From the human T2T-CHM13v2.0 reference genome, Homo sapiens, in NCBI RefSeq assembly GCF_009914755.1, contig NC_060934.1: a DNA stretch of 64,000 bases. The stretch is one strand, 5' to 3'. The translations under genes were made by a program, and so were the position numbers. A model generated the notes under the pieces. That model saw only the letters and a list, made by a program, of their open reading frames with translations. It did no database searches and had not been told where the DNA came from. Below, piece by piece: positions 52,781 to 64,000 of this stretch. The number at the start of each line of letters is the position of its first letter. The first letter of the stretch is position 1.

Positions 52781-54480
52781 AGGCCTGAAAGCAATCATGA
52801 TTAGTGCAAGTTGTGGAGGATTTCAAGCTCTTCACAGATGACATTTATAAACATGATGAGCTTCAGAGGGTTGGAAAAAATGCATTTCAGAGTTAGATAC
52901 CTTAGTTGGGTTGGTTTTAATGATCAAACAGGCATGGTGGGCCCACAGAGTCTTGGGTTAGTCAGCAGCTCCCTTATTTGCAAACTGGTTAAAGGTATGA
53001 AAATGGCGCCCATGGGCATCATGTTCTAGAGGAGATATTCATGGATCCCCACCCACTCCACTTTGGTTGCTATATGCCCACCCCAGGAATTTCAGGCACG
53101 AGTGACATGGAATTCTCTGGATACCAGCTCTGCTTCTTTCTGCCCTTTCCATGCATAAGGTCTGAGAGTGAGAAAAATGGAGTTAATTTGGTTACCAATG
53201 ACATCTCATTAACACCCCCCAAGAAAACCTGTAATTATAGATAGATAACCAAATCGTACACACCAAGTAGGAAAATGTGAATTATATGGCAACAAGGCAT
53301 ACAATGCTTAGAGATGAAAGACACTGAATAAGTGAGAAAGCCTAATCCCTAGCAAATACAAATTTTGACAATTGCATTTTCAAACATGCGCGGTTGAGAG
53401 AGCTCTGGAAATGGCAGAAACTTAATATAAAGCTTTTCCTCCTTTTATTTAAATGAAAACATCCTTGTACATTCTATATACTTTGGATGTCACCAATTTT
53501 GGAGGTAATCTTTTAGGTTAAGTATGTTCCCACATTAAACTGATAATTATCCTTCCTTCTTTTCTTCTATCCCCCTGACACTCAACACACTGGATTTTTG
53601 CTTCATGTTTTATTTATGGGACAGAATTAATATGCAGATTCACAAAAACTTAAAAACTCATAATTATTCATAAAGGGCTTTAAGGTTATTTAGTACATTT
53701 TTATGAAACCCTGGGTTTGTGGGAATGCGTACTTGAAAGTTGTTGGGAGTAGAGGAAGGTTAAGTCCTAGAATGAAGAGTGATCTGAAAATGATCTAACT
53801 CTTTGAATAAAAGTATTTGTCAGTATTCCTAATCTGTACTTAAGTGAATAATGGACATCCATAACCTTGTAAATATATTCAAGACTGGCCTGGGAACAGA
53901 GAAGATTTGCATATCCAATGCAAACAACCAATGCAGGAAGAAACGTCTAGTTAGGAATCCTTGATCACTAAGCAAGTGTAATAAAGAACCGAGATTTTTC
54001 TTGGTTTCTGGCCATCTCATGGTGCTCTGTGCTTTTACAAATAGGCTCAAGTCTAGAAAAGGTTAACGCCCATTAGAAATGGGTATGTCCTATTTCTTCT
54101 GGAAAAAAAAAAAAAAAGACAAGGAGAATGAGATGGTCACTGTGGATGGAGACCACCACTGCAGCCTTAGAGGATCAGCTGAAGGGCGAAGAGCATCTGT
54201 GACAGTGGAATCTCTAGAAACCTTCCCTTACCTGATAATAGCTCTTCACTCTGCTGACAGTTAAGAGTATGTTGATGGGGAAGTCACCTTACTGAACAAA
54301 CTTTGGGAAATATGGTCTAAAACCATTGATCAAGGATGTGTTATAGTCTTGGCATGGTCTCACTGGAAGCATCTGGAAATGTTAGACAGTCAACTGCAGG
54401 TAGTAAGAAGCTTATTGGTGCTTGGAAAATTCTTCTTTACAATGGAGTGGGGAGGTGGGGAAGGGAGATAAAAGAGCATG

Positions 54481-54798
<318 letters not shown>

Positions 54799-55290
54799 TT
54801 ATTCCGCCTAGACCCAGAATTGAATCTTTGTCCTGACACTCACCAGCTGTGTGATCTTGAGTAAGTCAGCTAACCACTTGGAGCTCATCCGGGAAAAAAA
54901 AAAAAAAAAAGGAGAGACGTCTACCTTAAAACAGCTGTGCTATAAAATGAGCTAATGGCTATAAAATATCTTGTACATATCTGGCACATAGTAGGCACTT
55001 AAGAGATGACAGCTCTTTTTATCTGAGCATGCTTACTGGGCTGCAGGCTTTTCGTTAATGTCTTAGCCTTAAGTGCATGGATGTACTCAGACGCAAACGT
55101 GTGGGTCTAAAGAATCACTGTAATCTTTGCATTAAATGCAGTGATGGCTAAATAGAATAGGTGCTCGTTTAGTTTTATCACCTAGTGTATATTACATTAT
55201 TTGAAATAATATTGTATCTACCAAAGGTTTACAAAGCAAATATATATATGAAAATAGAGCTGTCTTCACAATTAGAATCATTCTGCTTGA

Positions 55291-55700
<410 letters not shown>

Positions 55701-57388
55701 CTCCCCCCACCTTATGTTTCTCATCAGAGATAATATAATATCATATTTGACATCCTTGAGGCTTTTTCTTCAGAAACATGTACTTCTTGGTAAGGGTTAA
55801 GGTAGAGAGGGGGCAAAGGAGGAAATGGGGGAATATTCCTAGTTCATTTGGGGAGGGCAGGACTCTGTCCCCCAAGGATATCCAGCTGTACAAGTCGATT
55901 TTTCAGATGAATCAATAAAAATACTGATAAATAAATATTTAAGTCTCTTAAATACAGACATAACCTACAGACCTGACAGTTTAAGCAATGAGCTCAATTG
56001 ATTTCATGAGAGTAAAATATATGAATAAGACCTCGGATATCTCAATTGTTCACTGAGCAAGCAGAAATGTCATGTGTCTGGCTTTTACCCTCCTTCCCCT
56101 TCCTAACTGGAAATGGCATCTAATGAAGTTTGAGTAATCCTGAAGATTAATGCTATAAAATGTGCTATATTATTACTTCAGAGGGAAGAAAATATGGGGA
56201 ATTTTTATAGCTGTATTTGATTAACCTATACAGTGTTGATTTAAAAATATATGTATATGTATGTGTGTGTATTTATACACACAAATATATTCCCACCCAT
56301 CTTCAGCCAATTGTCAGCTTACTCTTGCCATAGACTGAAGCACTGCTTTAGTAGACTTTTGAGAAGGCTAGTCCTATCTTAGTTTTGAAGAAATGACCCA
56401 TTAAGCTTTGGGGAATTGGCATATCAACAAATTAAGTCAACATCTCTACTACCTAGCTACTGCAGCAGGGACTTACTAGCATGAGTTTAGATCTTGGTAT
56501 TTGGAGACAAAAATCTCTGTCTTTTCTCCATGATCTCTCTGTAGAATGGAACTGCTGATAAACCTCCCCAAATCACTCATTACAAGACTCCTGCCTGTGA
56601 GACCCGTAACTCTTCCAAGGGCTTCCTAAATGCTCCTGTTTGGTTTTCTCACTGGCTTTCCTTCCTACTAAACTCCCAGAGGCTCCCCTTTCCCACGTGG
56701 TTGGATTAGACGGCATTGCTCCGTCTCCATGTCTCTTAGACTCACAACCAGGGTGTCAGCTTTGAGTCTTACCCAGACAACTACCTGGACATATCTCTCA
56801 CATCCATCCATTCTCCTCTCTCCTCTATCCTGCTGCTTGACACAGGCTCTCATCAAGTCCTGCCAGGACTCTCTATGTGGACTTTCTGATCCCAGCCACA
56901 GCCCACAGCTGCTTGTAGAATGATCAGTCTCATATACCACCTTTGCCAGCTACTCCTCTCTCCTTCTCCACAGGAACCACACAGCTTAAGAGAGAGGAGT
57001 TCAACTCTCTGCCTGGTTTTCAAACTGCCTTCACTACACCCAGCCAGCCTGACTTCCTGCCACTCACTCCTCTCTTTGTCATGTGATGTAATTTGTAGAT
57101 GCAATATCTTTTCCATTTCCTGTAAAACCCAGGATGATGCCACAAAAAGGGCAGGTTTAGATCTAACATGTCCATCTGAAGATCATAGAGAATATTTTTA
57201 CATTTTTAATGTCATGACTCACAACGTGTCCGTTTTCCTTGAGAAAAACAGAAGTATGAAAATGACCAAAGTCTTCTTCAGGCATCATTCCTACTCCAGG
57301 TCCCCACCCACAAGATGATCACTTTAATATTTGTGTGTTTGTGTGGCAGAAGGAACTGTGTTTCCTTCCATGCCTTCTTCTATATATA

Positions 57389-57391
<3 letters not shown>

Positions 57392-57421
<30 letters not shown>

Positions 57422-57426
57422 ACACA
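57392..57426. repeat. (TG)n microsatellite
   Basis: Directly visible. Confidence 0.95.
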
Positions 57427-59009
57427 TCTCACAGGTTTTTGGTGTGGCTGACTGGGGAAAATGTCTCTCTTTCTTTGAAAGACAAACGTGATGGATTTCA
57501 CAGCTTGAGCCACTTCCTGCTTGAAATTTACTAAATGGTTGATCAGTGTCTTTGTAATCCCCCCTCCAGCTTTGCTCTTAACAGAAAACACATCCTAATG
57601 CAATGTCGTAATGCAATGTTTACAACATTATAGAAAGTGACAAGGGGGCTTTTGTTGTTTGCCTGTTCAGGGGATTTGTTTTTCCATTTCAAACACTAAC
57701 ACCATAAAGTGTGGTACATGCCTCTGGAAAGGCTGGATTTACTGCCAGCCCTGCCCACCCCCCACTTCCCAACATGTTATAAGAAAGTTATCTGATCAGC
57801 TAGTGTTTGAGAGAAATTATTTGTGCCCTGATGAAGTGCTCAATAATGCTGTGGTTGGAACCAGAGCTCTGGATCCCAGAATCAGCTGGCTCGTAGGCAC
57901 CCACCTCTCTAACCGACAGCAGTGTCTTGGAATTTAATATACTTTCAAGTGAGTTTTAGTATGTGTGACATTTTTGAGCCAAAAGCTGAGTTCAGAGAAA
58001 TGTCAATTCGGTGAGACAATTTTCAAGATGTGCTATTGTATCTTAATGAGATCCTGATCTCAGGGGTAATGTAGTAGCTACCTCCTGTTTAAGGATGCAA
58101 ATTCCCTGATTTTCTTTGAAACCACAGTAGTTAATGAATTTAGCTAAAGGGAGAAGCCCCCCTCAGCTCACAAAGGTCCCCCATACCATTGGTAAATATG
58201 TTAATAAATGTCACCCAGTACTTTCCCTATCAAAAGTCATCAAGTTACTTCTAGTGCCGCAGAGTTCTAACTACCCCAAGGGAAGGAGCTGACAGTGATA
58301 ATATCATTTCCCTGAAAGTGTTGGGTTTCTGTTTATTTTCAACGCAGGCAAGCTGGTAAGTAAAGTTATCCTTAAAAGGGGTGACCCTTTTAATGGTTCT
58401 ACTTTATCTAGAAGAAAGTAACTCTCTTACACTTGCTTTACCTCAGCTCCCCAGTCCCTGTCCCAGTTGATATACCTGGGAAATAGTTTTCACTCACATT
58501 GTGAAATCTAGTTCATTGGTGCTGGCTGCTTGGAATGAGAGGGGATCTGGGGCCATACCTGGACTCAGAGGACATGAATGTTGTGATGGATTAGTGATGT
58601 CTGGGGCCATGATTGGTGATGTCTGCTAGGGAAAGGACTAGAAAAAACTAATCCTTCACGTTAAACATCTCTGTTGCTTTTTGTGACACTCATTCGTAAA
58701 TTCAGGCACTCTTTACCCCTTCTTCTTTTGGATAACAAAGGAAAATTACTCTGGCATTTCTGAGTTTCTCTCGAAGGACTTTTAAAAAGCCAGGGACCCA
58801 AGGATTTCTAAGAGTGATCATTAGAGAAATGATAGAGCTGAGGCAGAAAGAAGTTGTGTCCAGGGAAAACAGGAAAAAGATTTCTCTTGTTTATTGGAAA
58901 TGCTGGTGCCTGCCCTCTCTACACTCTCAGACTTCGGCTTTTCTTAGGAAAATGTCTTTAAACTCCCTGTTGTATACTAAATGAACGTATACCTTAGCAT
59001 TAGTGAAAA

Positions 59010-59325
59010 TATTTCCAAAGGATGGTCAGTAAAGGAATTGCCTAGACTGTGTCTAGAAATGACAATTCTGAAATCCATGTAAGACCTTCTGAATCACATG
59101 CTCTGGGGTAGAGCCTGGGAATCTGCACTTACAAACTCCCCCAGGCAGGACCAACTATGTAATTTGTAGAGGCCAGCAAAATAAAAATGTGAAGCTCCTT
59201 GTAAAAAGTTATTAAGAATTTCAAGACAGCCACAGCAGGGGATTAAACCAAGCAGGGGACCCTCCTAAGAGAACCTGGCCCTGGCCCCAAGTTATTCTGA
59301 TGTGTACTAAGCTTTTAGAACACTG
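59010..59325. mobile_element. MER5-family element with nested MER45A-like MITE (59146-59283)
   Basis: ctctggggtagagcctgggaatctgcacttacaaactcccccagg | caggaccaactatgtaatttgtagaggccagcaaaataaaaatgtg...ggccctg | gccccaagttattctgatg; degenerate 8-bp TSD. Confidence 0.7.
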
Positions 59326-59637
59326 AGCAAGTATCTCACGCAGAACAGAGGTGAGATAATTCAGTTCATCCATCCACCCCAAGTGGTGCTGATAGGAAGA
59401 GGGGAGGGGAATGTCCCATCCCCATTCTAACATAGCACTGAAGGCCTAGAATTTCTCAGCCTCCTCAGCACCTGTAAGAGCTCCAATACTCATATCATTT
59501 AAATGGTTTCTGAAATCTCACCTCTCCCTTAAAAGTTCCCAAGTTGACAACATGGAAAACTCATGGCCATTTCCATGCTATCCTCCCTATCTCTTGACTC
59601 ACTCAGTGAGTTGCCTAACTAAATACAGAACTAAATA

Positions 59638-59932
59638 GGCCAGGCACAGTGGTTCACGCTTGTAATCCCAGCACTTTGGGAGACCAACGCGGGTGGATCA
59701 CTTGAGGTGAGGAGTTCAAGACCAGCCTGGCCAACATGGCGAAACCCCGTCTTTACTAAAAATACAAATATTAGCTGGGTGTGGTAACACATGCTTGTAA
59801 TCCCAGCTGAGGAGGCTGAGGCAGAGAATCGCTTGAACCCAGGAGGTGGAGGCTGCAGTGTGCCAAGATTGTGCCACTGCACTTCAGCCTAGGCAACAGA
59901 GTGAGTGAGACTCGGTCTCAAAACAAACAAAC
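59638..59932 (+). mobile_element. AluS
   Basis: gatcacttgaggtgaggagttcaagaccagcctggccaacatgg. Confidence 0.93.
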
Positions 59933-60544
59933 TAACTAAAGCCTGCAACTCAGCAAGACCATCAGGGAATTATTAGGAAGCCACTTACACATCAATTTCC
60001 AGCTCATCTGCTGGACTATTAAGTATAATCTACTACTACTGAAACCATTCACCATGGTCCTTTGCTCTGTGTTCGAGCAGATGGTCTGGAGTTCAAGGCT
60101 CAGCTAGCATGTTTATGAACTACCCCTGTGATGAAACATTGGTTCTTAAGTTAATAAGTATCTTCCATGATAGAAGCAGCAGATACAGACTTCTAAGACA
60201 CACACTTCTCTTACTATCCAACCATGTCTTGCTGTTAATATTTTTATCACTTGTGTATTTTTTTTCCAAGCCAAGCTCAGATTCGATTATTACCTTGTGC
60301 ATAGTCCTTCAGTGACACCTTAGTGCCTATAGAATAAAATGTCCTCCTTGGTCTGGTATTTGAGACCCCATGCAGCTTACATCCTACAGGGAGAGACAGA
60401 CAAAAAAATGTAAACCACAACGTAATTTCAAATTGTGGTTAGAGCTATTTTAAAAACTCAGCCTGCTAAGAAAATAATGAGAAGGGGACAGGCAATTGCT
60501 TTAGATATTGTACTCAGAAGTGTCCCCTTTGAGGAAGCTCATCA

Positions 60545-60830
60545 GTCCATAATATTTAGTTTGCAAGTGACAAAAAGTAAATTCAAATCAGTTAAAGGAA
60601 AGAAAGAAAGGAAGGGAGGGAGAGGGAGAGAGGGTGAAATTGAGAAAGACACACAGGAAGAGAGAGAGGGAGACGGAGAGAAAAAGGAAACAAGGGAGGG
60701 AGGGAGGTAAAGGAGTGCCTCTTTCTCATTGGTTCCAGTGTGACTACAGGGGCTGGCCCTGATTGGCCTGTCATAAGTCACATGTCAATCTTTGAACCAA
60801 TCACTGTGGCAGTAGCTAAGTCATGTGGCT
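60545..60830 (-). mobile_element. MLT1-type LTR relic with purine-rich expansion, flanked by L2 pieces (60360-60540, 60960-61180)
   Basis: gtttgcaagtgacaaaaag...ctgattggcctgtcataagtcacatgtc...tgaaccaatcactgtggc. Confidence 0.65.
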
Positions 60831-61421
60831 TTGGCTTCCGGGAAAGGGTTTGGCCTCTTCCTCTAAAATCTCAGAGTTTGAGGGTTGCAAGCTCGTCCTC
60901 TCAATGAAGATTTGTATTTTTGTTATCAAAAGAAGTGGGGAGAAATGTCCAGAAGACATACACAACTTAGGTCTTGAAAAAGCCAGTCATGAAGAGTTGA
61001 GTGGGAAGGAACATTCTAGACGGAGAGAGTAGCAGGAAAACTTGACACATAAAAGAAACCAATAGAAAGTCAGTGTGTCTTAAAGGTTTGGGAGCCCGGG
61101 AGCCAGGGCACCGGTGAACTGAGATGAGTTTGGAGAGAGCAGCCGGAGTTAGATGGCTAGAATATTCTAGATCAAAAGCACAGAACCCATTATGACTCCT
61201 CCTTTTCATAATGTGTGACAAATTTCTTTGGAGATCTTTTAGGTATTCTTGTCTTATGTAGATTTACTAAATTTTTGAGATAGCAGCTACTCTGTTCCAA
61301 AAGGGACATACTATCTGTACATTAAAAGTGGCACAACATCATGTCCTCACATTTGACTTAGAGATGCCCGATGCTCAGTAACCAATTATTTAAAGAGGTT
61401 TTTGTGTTTTAAGATGTAAGG

Positions 61422-61708
<287 letters not shown>

Positions 61709-63659
61709 AAGATGTAAGGAATGTATCACTTTGTTACTCTTTAGACTGATTTATACCCTCTACAGTACAGTGTTTTAAGTTTGCACAAAATTCTAAATGC
61801 GTTGCAATGCTGCTAAGATTTCTCAGGTTCAGCCAGAACAGGGGCATTTTATTTCCTGAGGATACGAAAGTTTGATTGTATTCGCTGCATTTTGAAAATT
61901 ATTCAAAAACTTCCTTATAAATCAAATTGAGCCAATCTGGATTTTAAACATTTGCTAAGATTTTAGCATTTCATCTGTTTATTTCTTAATATCTAGCCAG
62001 GTTAAAGTCTTTTCATCTCAAATAGCATGGCTACGCATTAAAATGAATGAAGGGAAACTGACTCGACAACGTGTGTGTGTGTTTTTTTTTTGTCACCAAT
62101 CAGATCACGCTTTTCTTATTAATAGAAAAAAATGCTTATATTGAAAACAATGAAGAAAACACAAAAGAACAAAGTTGTATGTGACTGACAGTGGGTTTCC
62201 TTGGGAGCTGGCTGGGGTAACTGAGGACTCCTTGCACAAATATGCCAAGCATGAGAGACCTGAGCTAGTAGACCCTAAAAGTTGGCATCAATTATTATTA
62301 TCATATTATTACTTTTTCCCCGTCATATTCCCACTGCAATGCTTTTGCCAGTTTCCCTTTGAATAAGGCAGAAGCCCCACAATAATCTATTACGAGGTTT
62401 TTCTTCACTAGAGATTTATTTTGGTTTTGTTGTTGTTATACTTAACATAACAGATGTTCTGGCATTTTTTCACGTGATACCACTGTGAGTCTCATGTTAT
62501 CCTTAAAACCCTACAAAATTTTAGACAGTCCCTCTGAAATAACTTCCTCCTCTTTGGAATTTTATCTTCACGCAGGCCTTTTTCTCACTATTTGTAATGG
62601 TATATTAAAACGATAACTACACAGAAAAAAGAACGGTTTATTCATATGTTTTATAACTTTGAAATTAATTGCTGTTGAAAGATAATTACCCCAATGGTGG
62701 AGTCAGAGAGTCTACAGATCTTCTAAAAGGGAATTAAAACATTCCCTTTGATTTTTCTACTTCTGCCCCCAGTTTATAAGCAGGACTATGTAGAGATAGT
62801 CAACTCACTTAGGACTGTTCTAAAGACAAGTTGTAGGTCTGGTTTTAATCAGGTGTGTTTGAGCCACAAGCACCCAAAACATACCCTCTATGTTCTTCTG
62901 GGAAAGAGGCACTGAGAAGCTCTTATTTAAGGAATCTTTAACTTATTAGACTAAAGATGCTACCATCTGGGTCATTTCCCTGGTTGATGTCCCTTTGTCC
63001 TAGATGCACTTTCAAGACTAAGATTCACACACAGTCAGCCTAGTGGTTGGTTGGTAGACCTGAAAAATTTCAAAGCAGCCTAGGTGGTTATTAAGAGGCT
63101 GCAGGCCATCTTCTTTGGGGGCTAATGGTGTATTCACCTGGCTCTTTGTCCTCAGTGAGCAAGGTCAGGGTTCCTTGCTGTGTTTGCTCTTCTGTCACCA
63201 AAGGGAACCAGTACAATTTAAAGCATTCTCTGATGTGCTAAAAGCTTCTAAAAAAGATGGTTAAGCAAACAAAGCATTCACTTGCCTTTCAAGCCAGCCT
63301 GGCCTGAAGAGCTGATTGACAAAATTGATGATCCTTAAGGAAACATTTCCTCCTCATCAGGTCATTTCTCAGCACAAAAGATCCAAGTGCTCCTCAAGGT
63401 CCACAGGTTAAATTCCAAACTCATTATTCAGCCATTCAATGAACTGGCATCAGCCACTCACTGAATTGGCATCAGCCTTAATCGTTTCCCACCTCTGCCC
63501 TCTGAGCTGTCCTTCAGTCACACTGTTCTACTCATGAGCACAGCTGGCTGAGCCCAGGATGTTCTTTTTCTGCCTCTTCTGTTATTCTAGCTATAGCCCA
63601 TCCTGGCTACTCTCTTGACCTCAGGCACTTCTTGCCAACATCCTTTTTATAGTGACTCT

Positions 63660-64000
63660 GTGTCAGTTAAGATTCTTTCAGTTGCAAATGACAAAAAGTG
63701 CGAACCAAACTGGGTTAAACAAAAAAAAAAAAAAAGAAAAAAAAAGGAAGGGAGGAAGGAAGGAAGGAAAGAAAGGAGGGACAGAGGGAGGGAGGGAGGA
63801 AAATTGTTGGTTCTTGTAACTGAACAGAGTTCAGGATGGTTGTTGGCTTGATCCAGGCTTCAAATGCTGTGCCTGAGACCCAGTTTTCCTTTCCATTTCT
63901 CAGTTCCATATCTTTGATGTTGAAATAATTCTGTGGTCCCTCCTAGGCATAAGGTGGCTGCCAGTAGCTCCCGAGATTCTATCCTTCCATCTTCCCATTC
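63660..64000 (-). mobile_element. MLT1J/K-like LTR with internal A/GGAA expansion; runs to window edge
   Basis: gtcagttaagattctttcagttgcaaatgacaaaaag...ttggttcttgtaactgaa...ggcttgatccagg. Confidence 0.75.

Noticed and set aside
63440-63477. tgaactggcatcagcc / tgaattggcatcagcc repeat (also taatgcaatgt x2 near 57597)
   Set aside because: Two-copy slippage duplications; not an array and no insert between them.

Overview
Human (or great-ape) non-coding DNA, intronic or intergenic and rich in repeats. I recognise no cellular protein-coding exon and cannot name the locus. Bases 1-3287 hold the 5' half of a very young L1 (L1HS/L1PA2 boundary, minus strand). It has an intact 338-aa ORF1 and an intact 71-aa antisense ORF0. 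Its ORF2 is damaged (Y115H in the endonuclease site and a 1-bp frameshift near codon 444), and its 5' end lacks the first ~40 nt, including the YY1 site. Its antisense promoter points into the window. The rest contains about 12 Alus, a full-length Tigger1, MER1A, several MER5, MER58A, MER45 and MER63 elements, an MSTA solo LTR, MLT1 and ERVL relics, older L1 fragments, many MIR and L2 copies, and microsatellites. Less obvious items: a tailless 5'-half tRNA-Asn retropseudogene with a perfect 17-bp TSD, a retroposed mRNA 3'UTR ending in a perfect 21-bp fold-back hairpin, a ~370-bp local duplication, a ~60-bp L1 insertion with TSD, candidate micro-exons, and several repeat-free blocks dense in homeobox motifs that resemble developmental enhancers. 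Repeat names come from recalled consensus sequences and boundaries of old repeats are approximate. No wholly new biological system is demonstrated. The best lead is a YY1-less L1 antisense-promoter/ORF0 unit that may splice into downstream cryptic exons.
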